This document shows positions 9,373 to 21,525 of a stretch of DNA of 64,000 nt, one piece after another (position 1 is the first letter of the stretch; every line of letters begins with the position of its first letter). The stretch is from contig JANQOX010000026.1 of NCBI GenBank assembly GCA_028285625.1, positions 17,825-81,824 on the forward strand, read 5' to 3'. The notes under the pieces are model-generated. The model made no database searches and had not been told where the DNA came from. It saw nothing but the letters and a program-made list of their open reading frames with translations. Source of the stretch: Myxococcota bacterium. GTDB taxonomy: Bacteria; Myxococcota_A; UBA9160; UBA6930. Position numbers and translations under genes: made by a program.

Positions 9373-10962
9373 CTAGAGCTGCCCTTCGATGGGCAACAGG
9401 CCCAGCACACCGACCTTGAATCGCGCCCACCAGCTGGTCATCGGGTCCACCGTGTACCGCTGCGGCTGGCCCCCGTCGGTGCCGGTCCAGACGATGTCGC
9501 CGTCCTCGTCGAGCGCCAGGGACCAGGAGAGCTCGGGGCCCACGGCCACCTCGAACTTCGCGGCCTGGACGTCGGCGAGCTCGGTGCTCTCCACCACCAG
9601 GCCGAGCTCGGTGTTCAGGTCGACCGAACGCGGATCGAGGTTCAACGAACCCACGAACACCCGCGAACCGTCGATCACGAACGTCTTGGCGTGCAGGCTC
9701 GCCCCGGAAGACCCGAAGAATCCGCTGCGATTCGCCTCTTCGTGGTATGCGCCGGTGCGCTTCAGCTCGAACAGGGAGACGCCACACGCGAGCAGGTCCT
9801 TGCGATAGGCCGAGTACCCGGCGTGCACGGCGCCCACGTCGGTGGCGGCCAGCGAGTTCGTGAGGATGCGCACGCGAACGCCCCGCTCCACCAGACCGCA
9901 CAGATAGGCCACCCCGCGGTCGCGGGGGATGAAGTAGGGCGAGACGATCTCCAGGTCGGTCTCGACGGCCTCGAAGATCGGGTCGAGCTGCGTCCGGAGC
10001 AGCGTCGCCTCCACGGCCTCGCCGCGCGCGACCACCTTCTCGGGCAGGTCGGCCATGGCCACCGTCGGCGCCCAGATGAGCGGAAGCTCGCCCGCCGCGA
10101 GCTGCTCGAGGAGATGCGACTCCCGAACCCGCTGGGCGTACACCGTTTCTCGACTCTGTCGAGCGTGCTCCTCCAGCGCCTCACGGGTGGCGTCGAGCTC
10201 CGCGGGGGTCCAGTCCAATCGCGAAAAGGCCGCGATCGGGACCGCGAACTCGCTGTTCCAGTACAGGTCGAAGCTCTCGCCCAGTTCGGGCAGGACCGGC
10301 CCGAAGGCCATCAGGTCCAGGTCGGCGAAGTTCACGCCCTCGGCCGCATCGAAGTACTCGTCGCCGATGTTGCGTCCGCCGACGACGGCCAACACGCCGT
10401 CTGCGGTGAGCATCTTGTTGTGCATGCGGTGGTTCAGCCGGCTCAGGCGGCCCAGACCATCGAGCAGCGTCGCCAGACCCTGCCAGGGACCTCGCGCGAA
10501 CGGGTTGAAGAGCCGGACCTCGAGATTCTCGTGGACGTCGAGCGCCGCCGTGAGCGGGTCGAGCCCGGCCGAACCCAGGTCGTCGATGAGCAGGCGAACG
10601 CGAACGCCACGATCCGCAGCCGCGAGCAGCTCGCGCAGCAGCGATTTTCCGGTGAGGTCGTCGTGCCAGATGTAGTACTGCGCGTCGACGGCCCGCGTCG
10701 CACCGCGGATCGCGAGTGCCCGGGCCGCGAAGGCATCGCGGCCATCGCCGAGCCGGTAGAGCGCGGTATCTCCCGGATGGGTGGCGGCGGCCTCGATCAG
10801 CTGACGACCGACGCGGGTCTCTTCGAGGCGATCGAAGTGCTGGGACGCCTCGTGGGGGTGGTCGCTGCGCGGGTGCGCGCAGGCCACCAGCCAGGGCAAG
10901 AGGCAGAACACGAGAACCGGCACGAGAGTGCGGTGGAGAGGGTCGAAACGGCGGTAGCCCAT
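9373..10962 (-). CDS. Phospholipase D family protein (ClsC/YmdC-like)
   Basis: Two HKD motifs (RMHNKMLTADG..GGRNIGDEY; LHAKTFVIDG..GSLNLDPRS); possible lipobox LVAC. Confidence 0.9.
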   Translation of the reverse strand: MGYRRFDPLHRTLVPVLVFCLLPWLVACAHPRSDHPHEASQHFDRLEETRVGRQLIEAAATHPGDTALYRLGDGRDAFAARALAIRGATRAVDAQYYIWHDDLTGKSLLRELLAAADRGVRVRLLIDDLGSAGLDPLTAALDVHENLEVRLFNPFARGPWQGLATLLDGLGRLSRLNHRMHNKMLTADGVLAVVGGRNIGDEYFDAAEGVNFADLDLMAFGPVLPELGESFDLYWNSEFAVPIAAFSRLDWTPAELDATREALEEHARQSRETVYAQRVRESHLLEQLAAGELPLIWAPTVAMADLPEKVVARGEAVEATLLRTQLDPIFEAVETDLEIVSPYFIPRDRGVAYLCGLVERGVRVRILTNSLAATDVGAVHAGYSAYRKDLLACGVSLFELKRTGAYHEEANRSGFFGSSGASLHAKTFVIDGSRVFVGSLNLDPRSVDLNTELGLVVESTELADVQAAKFEVAVGPELSWSLALDEDGDIVWTGTDGGQPQRYTVDPMTSWWARFKVGVLGLLPIEGQL

Positions 10963-10996
10963 GGGCGCGCGAGTCTACCGGCCGCGGGCCACCCCG

Positions 10997-11722
10997 TCAG
11001 AGCCGCCGCCCGAGGCTCTCCTCGAGATCGCGCAGGTGCACCAGTCGGTCGGCCGGGGCCGCCCCACCCCGCCCGTCCGGGTCGATCAGATAGGCCTGCC
11101 ACCCGGCGCTTCGCGCACCGCGATAGTCGGCGTCCGGGTTGTCGCCGACGTAGACGCTCTGGGCGGCATCGGCTCCCACGAGTTCGAGCGCGTGGTCGAA
11201 GATGGCGCGCGCCGGCTTGCGGACGCCGAAGCCGACGGACGTGACCACGGGGTCGAAATGCCGGGCCACGCCGAAGCGCTCCAGCAGCCCGGGCACGAGC
11301 TTGGGGTCGTGGGTGTTGGTGATGATGCCGAGCCGCGCGCCCTCGCCCAGCCGCTCGAGCAGACCGTCGAGCCCCTCCACCGGGCGCACCCCCTTGCACC
11401 ACTCGTCGACGTAGGTTTCCACGAACGCCACGACGTCTTCGGCTCGGATCCCGGCATGCCCCGCATCGGCGAAGAACGCCTGCCCGAGGTCCTGCATGCC
11501 GTACTCCCGGTGCGTACGGCATGCCTCGGCCTCGAAGCGCTCGGACACCCGTTCCCAGCGGTCGAGGAAGTCCTCGTACCCGAGCGCCAGCCCTGCCTCA
11601 CGCAACACGCGATGCGTCCGCGCATAGCCCTGCGCGCGCCGGCTCGGCGAGTAGTGCACCAACGTGCCGAAGAAGTCGAAGAACACACAACGACGAGATC
11701 GAGATTGCAGGGCGGCGTCCAT
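10997..11722 (-). CDS. HAD family hydrolase
   Basis: FFDFFGTL, ITN, KP..IF, YVGDNPDADY; start re-called to ATG 11722. Confidence 0.88.
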   Translation of the reverse strand: MDAALQSRSRRCVFFDFFGTLVHYSPSRRAQGYARTHRVLREAGLALGYEDFLDRWERVSERFEAEACRTHREYGMQDLGQAFFADAGHAGIRAEDVVAFVETYVDEWCKGVRPVEGLDGLLERLGEGARLGIITNTHDPKLVPGLLERFGVARHFDPVVTSVGFGVRKPARAIFDHALELVGADAAQSVYVGDNPDADYRGARSAGWQAYLIDPDGRGGAAPADRLVHLRDLEESLGRRL

Positions 11723-11795
11723 CCGGGTGCTTCGAAGGCTACCCTGCCCGAACGCGCACGAGGAGCCCCGGGCCCGACCTGCGCTGGGAGTCGTC

Positions 11796-12658
11796 TTGAA
11801 GCTCGTCACCTTCGACCATTCCGGACGGGCCGGTATCGGCACGCTGCACGCGGACGGCATCGTGGACCTCGCGGCAGCGGCCCCCGAACTGCCGCGTGAC
11901 ATGACCGCGCTGCTCGGCGCCGGCCGCGAAGCCTGGGTGCGGGCCGCTGCGGCCGACGGACCGCGGATCGACCCCCAGGACGTGGTGCTGCGCGCGCCGA
12001 TTACCCGGCCACCCAAGGTACTCGCCGTGGGGCTCAACTACGCCGATCACATCGCCGAGACCGGCCGCGATGCGCCCACGATTCCGCTCATCTTCAACAA
12101 ACAGCCCACCTCGGTCATCGGCCCGGGTGCAGACATCCACCGGCCCCGGGTCTCGGACCTGCTCGACTACGAAGGCGAGCTGGCGGTGGTCGTGGGGCGG
12201 CGCTGCCGGCACGTGGCGCGCGAGGACGCGGCCGCGGTGATCGCTGGCTACACGGTCGCCAACGACGTGAGCGTTCGGGACTGGCAGCGGCGGTCGCCCA
12301 CCATGACGATGGGCAAGTCCTTCGACACCCACTGCCCGCTGGGGCCAGCGATCGTGAGCGCCGACGAGGTCGACGGGCCTTCGGGTCTGGCGCTTCGCAC
12401 GTGGGTGAACGACGAGATCCGGCAGCAATCGAACACGCGGCACCTGGTCTTCGACGCGTTCGATCTGGTGGAGCACCTGTCGACGGCCTTCACCCTCGAA
12501 CCGGGGGACGTGATCCTGACCGGGACCCCTGGAGGCGTCGCGGCCTACATGGAGCCGCCGGGCTGGCTCGTCCCGGGAGACCGCGTCCGCGTCGAGATCG
12601 AGGGGCTGGGCTCGCTCGAGAACCCGGTCGTCCAGGAGCCCGACGACACGGCCCTGGC

Positions 12659-12662
<4 letters not shown>
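11796..12662 (+). CDS. Fumarylacetoacetate hydrolase family protein
   Basis: GLNYADH, DYEGELAVVVG, NDVSVRDWQ, GKSFDT, GDVILTGTP; TTG start with GGGAG RBS. Confidence 0.92.
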
Positions 12663-13996
<1,334 letters not shown>

Positions 13997-13999
13997 GCG

Positions 14000-15301
14000 C
14001 TAGCTCGCCTCGGACGCCTCAGCGAGCGCCTCGCGGGTGCGCTCGTCCACGCTGCGCAGGGCGGGGCTCATCGCGTAGAAGAGCACGCCCACCACCAGGA
14101 CCAGTACCGAGGCCGTGGCCACGGCGGTCGGGGCGCCGTAGCGCTCGGCGACCGCCGCCATCGGCAGCGTGCCCAGGGGCGTGAGCCCGAACGACATCAT
14201 CAGGAAGCTCGAGATGCGGCCTCGCACGCGGTCCGGGATCAGCACCTGGATCGCGGCGTTGTTGAGGGTGCCGAACACGCTGGAGAAGACGTTGGCCACG
14301 AGCACCAGCGGGATCGCCAGGTAGAACCAGGGCGAGAGCGCAAAGCCGAACAGGAAGGCCGCGAAGCCGACGAGCGACGTCAGCATCGTGCGCAGCCGCC
14401 CGCGCGTCTCGTGCCGCTGGGCCACGTACATCGAACCCAGGAACCCGCCGAAGCCCGAGACCGCGTACAGCACGCCGAGCCCCTCCGAGCCCACGTTCCA
14501 GACCTGCTCGGTGAACACCACGAGCAGGGTCTGGAAGGGCATCGCCAGGAACATGGGCAGGATGCCGAACAGCAACAGAACCAGGATCAGCCGGTGGTCG
14601 GCGACGTAGCGGAAGCCCTCGCCGAGGTCCTTCGCAACGGCCTGATCGCGCGCACCCTCGGCCGCCGGGTGGCGCCCGACGCCCGCGAGACACAGGAACG
14701 CCACGCCGTACAGGGCGATGCCCACCGAGAAGGCGCCCGCGAGCCCGACCCACGGCACCAGCAGCCCCTGCATCGCCGGGCCCAGGATGCGGGTGGCGTT
14801 CATGCCGCCCATCGACAGCGCCATCGCGTTCTGCAGCCCGCGCTTTCCGATGATGTCCACGACGATCGCGGTGCGCGCAGGCATGGTGAACGGGAATACC
14901 GAGCCGATGACCACCGCCGTACACATCAGGTGCCAGAACGCGAGCCGATCGGTCACCAGCAGCAGCAACACCACCGACTCGGAGACGATCAGGGCCGCCT
15001 GGGCGATCGCGATCAGTCGCCGCCGCTCGAAGCGGTCTGCGACCACACCACCGAAGGGCGACAGCAACGTCATCGGGATGGCGACGGCGAAGTTCACCAA
15101 CCCCAACGCGAGCGGGCTGTCGGTCAGCCCGAACGTGACCATCGAGCGCACCAGCATCTGCCCCTGCATGGCCAGGAAGAACGCCATGTTGCTGGCGAAC
15201 AGCCAGCGGTAGCGGCGGTTCTCGAGCGCGACGAGCGCCGTCCTGAAGCCTCCGCCGCTCCGCGGACCGGGCGGCATCGGGCGAAACCCGGGGCCGCTCA
15301 C
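14000..15301 (-). CDS. MFS transporter (EntS-like/MFS_3)
   Basis: GGVVADRFERRR motif, multi-TM; GTG 15301 overlaps the upstream TGA (GTGA); alternative ATG 15277. Confidence 0.85.
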   Translation of the reverse strand: MSGPGFRPMPPGPRSGGGFRTALVALENRRYRWLFASNMAFFLAMQGQMLVRSMVTFGLTDSPLALGLVNFAVAIPMTLLSPFGGVVADRFERRRLIAIAQAALIVSESVVLLLLVTDRLAFWHLMCTAVVIGSVFPFTMPARTAIVVDIIGKRGLQNAMALSMGGMNATRILGPAMQGLLVPWVGLAGAFSVGIALYGVAFLCLAGVGRHPAAEGARDQAVAKDLGEGFRYVADHRLILVLLLFGILPMFLAMPFQTLLVVFTEQVWNVGSEGLGVLYAVSGFGGFLGSMYVAQRHETRGRLRTMLTSLVGFAAFLFGFALSPWFYLAIPLVLVANVFSSVFGTLNNAAIQVLIPDRVRGRISSFLMMSFGLTPLGTLPMAAVAERYGAPTAVATASVLVLVVGVLFYAMSPALRSVDERTREALAEASEAS

Positions 15302-16752
15302 CGGGGTCCCTCGCGGCCGGCTTCTCCCGAGGACGGGTTCACGTCGGGGTGGCTGGTGCCGGCTGCACGGGCGCGGGCATCGAGGGCGGCGCGCACGGCG
15401 GCATGCTCGCGCTCGCCGAGGGCGAATCGCAGGAAGATCAAGGTGCCGATCACGTAGCAGGAAGCGGGCAGCAGGCCAATCAACGCGCGCATCGCGAAGA
15501 CGGTCGTCTCGTTCTGATCGGCGTCGGGCACGTAGCCGGTGGCCTCGAGGACGACCCCCGCCAGGATCGGCGTGAGGGCGGCCGAGCCCTTGCGCACCAG
15601 GTTCCAGACCGCGAGGTAGGCGCCCTCCTTGCGCTCCCCGGTGCGAAGCTCGTCGTAGTCGATCACGTCGGCCTGGATCGACGGGGCGACCACGGCGGCG
15701 CACCCACCGCCCACGCCGACCAGGAGGGCCAGTCCGAAGATGATGAAGGTGGAGCCGGCCGGCACCAGGAAGAGCCCCGCGAAGGCGAGCGTCTGGCAGA
15801 CCATCGAGAACAGCCACAGTCGCTTCTTGCCGACCCGCCGGGACAACGCGATCCAGAGCGGCGTGAGCACGAACTGCGGGATGAAGTAGGCGGCGATGAA
15901 GACCTCGGTCTGGTCGGGCCGGCCCACCACGTACTGCAGGACGAAGGGCGCGAGCATCCCGATGGCGGCGGCCCCGAAGGTCTCGATGCCGTAGACGAAC
16001 AGCAGCAGCCGCGCGTGCGGATTGCGGAACACGTCGAGGATCGCCTTGTCGATCCGTGCTGCACCTCGGCCCTGGTGGTCGCTGCGCTCGGGCAGGCGCG
16101 CGGCCGCGAACAGGATCATCGCCGCGGTGGCGCCCCCGCCCAGCAGCGCCAGCGCCAGCGCCGTGAAGCGCGGAGACTCGGACGTTCGCAGCAGGTAGAT
16201 CCCGGCCAACCCCACCGCCGAACCCACGGCGGCGATGGCGTGGCGCCAACCGAAGACGCGCGTGCGCTCGTGGTGGCTGCGGCTGAGCTCCATGCCCAGA
16301 GCGCCGTGGGGCACGAAGAAGACCGTGCTCGCGGTCTCCCATGCGAGCATCGCGAGCCCCATCCAGAGGATGAGCCCGAGTCCTTCCAGGCCTGGCGGCG
16401 GGCTCCACACCATGACCGTTCCCGCGAGCATCGGCAGCGCGGCGGCCGCCATCCAGGCGCGGCGGCGCCCGCGCCGCGCGGTGGACCGGTCCGACAGGAA
16501 GCCCGCCAGCGGGTCGGACGCGGCGTCCCACAGCCGCCCGACGGCGAAGATCGCGCCCATGGCCGCGGGCGCGATGAGCAGCACGTCGGTGCTGTACTTC
16601 ATGAGGTAGACCCCGAAGAGCATCCCCAGAAAACCCACACCGACCGTGGGCAGCGAGTAGGTCCAGATCACGGCGAGCGGCAGCCGCTCGGCGCTCGCGG
16701 CGGCGGGGGCGGGCGGCGCCGGGCCCCCGTTCGTCGCGTCGGGTGTCCCCAC
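15298..16752 (-). CDS. MFS transporter, GPH/MelB-like (MFS_2)
   Basis: WDAASDPLAG, DR.TARRGRRR, ADVIDYDELRTGERKEGAY; start approximate. Confidence 0.88.
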   Translation of the reverse strand: MGTPDATNGGPAPPAPAAASAERLPLAVIWTYSLPTVGVGFLGMLFGVYLMKYSTDVLLIAPAAMGAIFAVGRLWDAASDPLAGFLSDRSTARRGRRRAWMAAAALPMLAGTVMVWSPPPGLEGLGLILWMGLAMLAWETASTVFFVPHGALGMELSRSHHERTRVFGWRHAIAAVGSAVGLAGIYLLRTSESPRFTALALALLGGGATAAMILFAAARLPERSDHQGRGAARIDKAILDVFRNPHARLLLFVYGIETFGAAAIGMLAPFVLQYVVGRPDQTEVFIAAYFIPQFVLTPLWIALSRRVGKKRLWLFSMVCQTLAFAGLFLVPAGSTFIIFGLALLVGVGGGCAAVVAPSIQADVIDYDELRTGERKEGAYLAVWNLVRKGSAALTPILAGVVLEATGYVPDADQNETTVFAMRALIGLLPASCYVIGTLIFLRFALGEREHAAVRAALDARARAAGTSHPDVNPSSGEAGREGPR

Positions 16753-16856
16753 GACGGCCGATCCTCGCAGATGTGCATCCCCGCCGCAGCGCGGTGCCAC
16801 GAACGGGCCCGAGATGCCACATCCAGAGAGGCGCAGACGTACGGAGGTCGTTGAAG

Positions 16857-17456
16857 ATGTGGAGCTCGAGCCGTGCGGCGACGCACAGGGCACTCGCCGC
16901 AGCGCTGGTGCTGGGGATCTGGGGAGTCGGCGCATCGGCGGGGGCAGCCGGCCTGGTGGCCCGCCTCGACCCCGCTCGCAGCAGCCTGGGCGGCGCCCCG
17001 CTGTCCGGCCGCATCCTGCTGGAGGGCCCGGCCGCGCTGCCCGTCCCCGCGCCGAGCGCCTTCGACGTCGTGGGCCTCGCGCTACGCGGCGCAGGCCTCG
17101 CCATCGCAACCGACCCCGACTCCGCGTCGCCGGGCCTGGGCGTGCTGCGCCCGGACGCGAGCTTCGAGATTCCCTTCTTGTTCACGCGGGTCACGCCTGC
17201 CGGCGCGAGCCCATTCGACCAGACCCTGGTCGACGTGATCGGGACGTTCGCGCCGTGCCCCGAGGGCCGCTGCATCGAGACGCAGTTCGAGGTCGACACG
17301 CTGGGCTCGGGCGTGGTGCTCGTGAGCCTGCTCGCGGTCGTGCCCGAACCGACACCTCCCATCCTGCTCGCCCTGGTGGTGGCGTCCCTCGCGATCGGCA
17401 CCCTGCGCCGGCGCAACGGCCCACGAACCGCACGTCTGCGGAGGACGCGCCGATGA
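16857..17456 (+). CDS. Secreted protein with PEP-CTERM sorting tail
   Basis: GGAGG RBS, signal peptide, C-terminal VVPEP + hydrophobic segment + RRR. Confidence 0.75.
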   Translation: MWSSSRAATHRALAAALVLGIWGVGASAGAAGLVARLDPARSSLGGAPLSGRILLEGPAALPVPAPSAFDVVGLALRGAGLAIATDPDSASPGLGVLRPDASFEIPFLFTRVTPAGASPFDQTLVDVIGTFAPCPEGRCIETQFEVDTLGSGVVLVSLLAVVPEPTPPILLALVVASLAIGTLRRRNGPRTARLRRTRR

Positions 17457-19291
17457 AACGAAGCACCGCGCTTGCCATCCTGCTGCTGGCCGCCCTCGCG
17501 CTGCCGGCCGCCCGCTGCACCCCGCTCGTGGTCGTCGTCCAGGAGATCGTCGAGATCCCCGGATTCGTGGAGCCACACACCCCTGGGTCGGGCGCGCCCG
17601 AAGAGCTTCCGCTTCCGGCGGCCGGACGCATCGAGCAACTGCTCGGCACCTCACCCGACCTGAATCGCGTGGCCTACGTGCGCACGCGAACGGCCGAAGC
17701 GAGCGACCCGCGCATCATCGTCGTGCTGATCCCCGGCTTCCTGGGCGGCTCGGGCAACTTCGACCCGATCGCACGCGACCTGGTGCGCCGCTTCGACGGC
17801 CGCATGGAGGTCTGGGCCATGGACCGCCGGTCGAGCCAGGTCGAAGACCGGCGCGGCGCCCTGCACGCCCGTGCCACGGTGGAGGCCGCGACCGACGACG
17901 ACGGCATCTTCCAGGGGCTCTCCGAGGGGGTCCGGTTCTACTTCCCCGACTCGGACACCGACGGGTCGGGTGAGCCGGACGGCCCCTTCCCGCTGCCCGA
18001 CGCGATCCCCGGCGACGGTCCGTCGGACTTCCAGCGTCTCGAGCAGGACGACCTGCGCTTCGCGGCGCACTGGGGCGTCGACACCTACGTGCGCGACTGG
18101 CGCGAGGTCGTGCTGCGCGCGCGCGACGTCGTCGGCGACGATGGCCTCGTGATCTTCGGCGGCCACTCCATGGGCACGAGCTGGACGGGCATCTTCGCGG
18201 CCTACGACTTCGACCCGGGCCCCGGCGTCGAGGCCGGCTACGAACTGGTCGATGGCCTGTTGCTGCTGGAAGGCGGAGGCAGCCGCGGCCCGAGCACGAA
18301 TGCCCCCGACCTCGACACCTACGAGGCCGCGATCGACGACCTCGAGAACGGCACGGACGTGGTGCTGGGGCCGCCGGGCGCGAACAACCCGCTCGGGGAT
18401 GGCAGCATCTTTCTCGAGAGCCTCAACGGGCTCGTGGATGCCCGTGACCTGGGTGCGGCGGGCGACCTGAACGGCCTGGCCGGCATCTCGGCGCCGGACG
18501 AGCCGTCGATCCTGGCCACCACGCCGCTGTTCGGGGGATTCCCCGTGGCGGTCCTGCTCCAGGCGCCCATGACGAACCGGTCGCTGATGGGCTTCTTCCT
18601 CGACGACGAGTTCAGCGCGAACCCCGCGTTCACCGCCTCGTTCGGCTTCAGCGCGAACGGATCCAACCTGTTCAATCCCTTTGCCGCGCTGCTCCCCGGC
18701 GACTTCTACGTGGCCATCGCCGAAGGCGTCACGCGCACCTGGATCAACTTCGACAGCCCCCGGTTCGACCCCGCCGATGCCGATCCGCTCACCTGCCCGC
18801 CCCTCGACCCCGAGCCGGCGGTGGTCGGGCTCACGGGCTGCGCCATCGTCGACAATGGACCGAAGCCGGGCCCGACCGATCCGCCCCGCCGATGGGGCGT
18901 CGAGCGCGAGGTCACCGATGTGGACGTGCTGGCGCGTTCGCTCTACGAGACCGCGAACGCCTCGGAGTGGTACTTCATCTCGGGACGTCCGGGTCTCGAC
19001 CTGCAGTTCGGACACGACGCCAGCGCCCTGGGCGCGCCGGAGCTGCTGAACACGACCCAGAACGCATTCGTGGACCTTCCGGTCCTCGGCATCGGTGGCT
19101 CGAATGGCCTCGCGCCCACCGAGCGGTCGTTCGAGTCGTACCTGGCCTCGATCGCGAGCGTGGACACCGAGGTCGTGATCCTCGAAGGCTACGCCCACGT
19201 CGACGTCCTGACGGCCGCCGACAACGAAGCGGTTCCCGCGATCGCCGACTGGGTGAGCCGCATCCAGCGCGACAAGCTGCTCGCCCCGTAG
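17453..19291 (+). CDS. Secreted alpha/beta hydrolase (lipase/esterase-like)
   Basis: Signal peptide; PGFLGG oxyanion region; GHSMG nucleophile; GYAHVD His; ATGA overlap with the upstream gene. Confidence 0.8.
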   Translation: MKRSTALAILLLAALALPAARCTPLVVVVQEIVEIPGFVEPHTPGSGAPEELPLPAAGRIEQLLGTSPDLNRVAYVRTRTAEASDPRIIVVLIPGFLGGSGNFDPIARDLVRRFDGRMEVWAMDRRSSQVEDRRGALHARATVEAATDDDGIFQGLSEGVRFYFPDSDTDGSGEPDGPFPLPDAIPGDGPSDFQRLEQDDLRFAAHWGVDTYVRDWREVVLRARDVVGDDGLVIFGGHSMGTSWTGIFAAYDFDPGPGVEAGYELVDGLLLLEGGGSRGPSTNAPDLDTYEAAIDDLENGTDVVLGPPGANNPLGDGSIFLESLNGLVDARDLGAAGDLNGLAGISAPDEPSILATTPLFGGFPVAVLLQAPMTNRSLMGFFLDDEFSANPAFTASFGFSANGSNLFNPFAALLPGDFYVAIAEGVTRTWINFDSPRFDPADADPLTCPPLDPEPAVVGLTGCAIVDNGPKPGPTDPPRRWGVEREVTDVDVLARSLYETANASEWYFISGRPGLDLQFGHDASALGAPELLNTTQNAFVDLPVLGIGGSNGLAPTERSFESYLASIASVDTEVVILEGYAHVDVLTAADNEAVPAIADWVSRIQRDKLLAP

Positions 19292-19308
19292 CCGGGCCGC
19301 CAGGCGCC

Positions 19309-20499
19309 CTAGTCGCCGCCCTCATTCGGCCTGGTCGACCGTGCGCCCCGGAACAACGTGCGCGCGTCGTCGACGTTGCGGAACTCCACGTAGCGGTAGG
19401 TGAGCGCGCTGAGGACGAGCATCAGCAGCACCGCGGCGACCAGGTGGGGCGGACTCACCTGGTCGTTGGCCACGAAAGGCACCTTGCGAAGCACCATCGT
19501 GTGCCACAGGTAGAGCGAGTAACACATCATCCCCGCCACCTGGAGCGGGCCGAGCGTGAACACGCGGTGCCACAGGCCCCGGTCGACCGAGAGCAGGCCG
19601 TAACCGAGCGCCGCCATCCCGGCGATCAGCACGTCGTTCGTGAAGGGCACCACGGCTCGGGGCAGCAGCTCGCTTCGGATGCCTGCCCATGCAAACGCGA
19701 CCAGCAGGACGAGCAGGACACCGGCCGTGCAGGCAGCGCGAGCCGCTGCGGGCCCGAGCGGACCGCGGCGCACCCAGACCGCGGCCAGCGCCATGCCCGC
19801 CACGAACTGGTCCAGGCGACCGAAGAGGTTGTCCTTGCCCGGGTTCAGCACCTCGAGTGGCCCGGCGGCATAGCGCGGGTCGTCCCCCAGCACGCGCACC
19901 GCCAGCGAGAGCGCCAGCGTGGCCAGCAGCAGCTTGCCCATGCCCAGCCGGCGTTCGAGCCAGACCAGACCCGGAAAGACCAGGCTGAAGACGATCTCGA
20001 CGCCCAGGGACCACAGGACGAAGTTCTGGAGCGGAAAGAACAGGCGCTCGGTGAACGTGAACGCCCCGGTCGCCAACAGCAGCGCATCGGTCCAGAAGGC
20101 GATCGTCGCCGGGTCGCCCCGCAAGACGAAGACCAGGGCCACGGCCAGGCAGAGCCAGTGGAGAGGCATCAGGCGCAGGAACCGCCGCCGCCAGAACGCC
20201 CTGGCGTCCGCGAGCCCGCCCAGGGTGCGCGTACCGCGGCAGTAGGGCAGGAACAGCACGAAACCGGACAGCACGAAGAAGAGGTCGACGCCGAGCCAGC
20301 CAGCCTGGATCAATGCATCGACGCTCACGGGCAGCCCGAACACGACCACCCCCGGCAGGCCGTCCGGGAGGTGCCGGTGGAACATGTGGTGCCCGACGAC
20401 GGCGAGGATTGCGACGCCGCGCAGCCCGTTGATCACGGCCAGCCGGTCGCGGAACGGATCCGCCGAAACGTCGCTGTGGCTGCGCGAACCCGTGGCCAC
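19309..20499 (-). CDS. Acyltransferase family 3 (OafA-like O-acyltransferase)
   Basis: GLRGVA..H, GVDLFFVLSGF, RRFLRLMP, WSLGVE, YSLYLWH, YRYVE. Confidence 0.92.
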   Translation of the reverse strand: MATGSRSHSDVSADPFRDRLAVINGLRGVAILAVVGHHMFHRHLPDGLPGVVVFGLPVSVDALIQAGWLGVDLFFVLSGFVLFLPYCRGTRTLGGLADARAFWRRRFLRLMPLHWLCLAVALVFVLRGDPATIAFWTDALLLATGAFTFTERLFFPLQNFVLWSLGVEIVFSLVFPGLVWLERRLGMGKLLLATLALSLAVRVLGDDPRYAAGPLEVLNPGKDNLFGRLDQFVAGMALAAVWVRRGPLGPAAARAACTAGVLLVLLVAFAWAGIRSELLPRAVVPFTNDVLIAGMAALGYGLLSVDRGLWHRVFTLGPLQVAGMMCYSLYLWHTMVLRKVPFVANDQVSPPHLVAAVLLMLVLSALTYRYVEFRNVDDARTLFRGARSTRPNEGGD

Positions 20500-20567
20500 C
20501 TGGCCTCCCCTGCTTCTCGCCGCCGCGAGTCTACACGCCTGTGCTACCCCGGGAACGGAGGCTCGCC

Positions 20568-21503
20568 ATGCGATTCGACAACCGGGTGACGCAGATGCTG
20601 GACGTCGAGATCCCGATCGTGCAGGCGCCCATGGGCTGGATCGCGCGCTCGCCGCTGGCGGCGGCGGTCTCGAACGCCGGCGCCCTGGGCATCATCGAAA
20701 CCTCTTCGGGCGAACTCGATGCGATCCGGGTCGAGATCACCCGCATGCGCGAGCTCACGGACAAGCCCTTCGGCGTGAACATCGCGCAGGCCTTCGTCCG
20801 CGACCCGGGCATCGTCGACTTCGTCGTCGAGCAGGGCGTCCGCTTCGTGACGACTTCCGCCGGCGACCCCACGCGCTACACGCGGCAGCTGAAAGACGCA
20901 GGGCTCGTGGTGTTCCACGTGGTGCCCACGCTGCGGGCGGCGCAGAAGGCGGTCGACGCCGGCGTGGACGGCCTGGTCGTCGAGGGTGGCGAAGGCGGCG
21001 GCTTCAAGAACCCGCGGCCGGTCTCGACCCTGGTGCTGCTGCCCCTGGTGCGCTCGAAGGTCTCGGTGCCGATCATCGCCGCCGGAGGCATCTGCGACGG
21101 CGCGTCGATGGCGGCCGCCTTCGCCCTCGGTGCCGAGGGCGTCCAGATGGGCACGCGCATGGTCTCGGCCGCCGAGTCGCCCGTGGGCGAGGGTTGGAAG
21201 AAGGCCATCGTCGAGGCCCCCGAGACCGGAACCGTCTTCCTTCGCCAGGAGAAGGGCCCGGCGCTGCGTGCGCTCCGAACCGAACGCACCGAGCGCCTCG
21301 AGCGGGGCGAGGGTCAGCCCATGGCCGAACTCGCCGCCGGGGTCTCGGAGGTCTACTTCGAGGGCAACGTCGGCGCCGGAGTCGCCCTGTCGGGGCAGGT
21401 CGCCGGCCGGATCGAGAGCGTGGAGCCGGTCGCCGACGTGATCGCGCAGACGGTTCGCGAGTTCGGCGAAGCGGCCTCCGCCCTGGGCCGCTACGCGCCC
21501 TGA
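20568..21503 (+). CDS. Nitronate monooxygenase / FabK-like FMN oxidoreductase
   Basis: PIVQAPMG, AAVSNAGALG, EGGEGGG, AAGGI.DG, GAEGVQMGTR. Confidence 0.9.
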   Translation: MRFDNRVTQMLDVEIPIVQAPMGWIARSPLAAAVSNAGALGIIETSSGELDAIRVEITRMRELTDKPFGVNIAQAFVRDPGIVDFVVEQGVRFVTTSAGDPTRYTRQLKDAGLVVFHVVPTLRAAQKAVDAGVDGLVVEGGEGGGFKNPRPVSTLVLLPLVRSKVSVPIIAAGGICDGASMAAAFALGAEGVQMGTRMVSAAESPVGEGWKKAIVEAPETGTVFLRQEKGPALRALRTERTERLERGEGQPMAELAAGVSEVYFEGNVGAGVALSGQVAGRIESVEPVADVIAQTVREFGEAASALGRYAP

Positions 21504-21525
21504 GCCCCGCCGTCGCGCTCGGTCG

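Noticed and set aside
14000..17638. Apparent giant or fused ORFs (14000..17638, 44400..46601, 46973..49432, 47947..50409, 56050..58758, 4411..6279)
   Set aside because: Only the C-terminal part is a real domain; the N-terminal extensions are R/P/G-rich off-frame reads of neighbouring genes.
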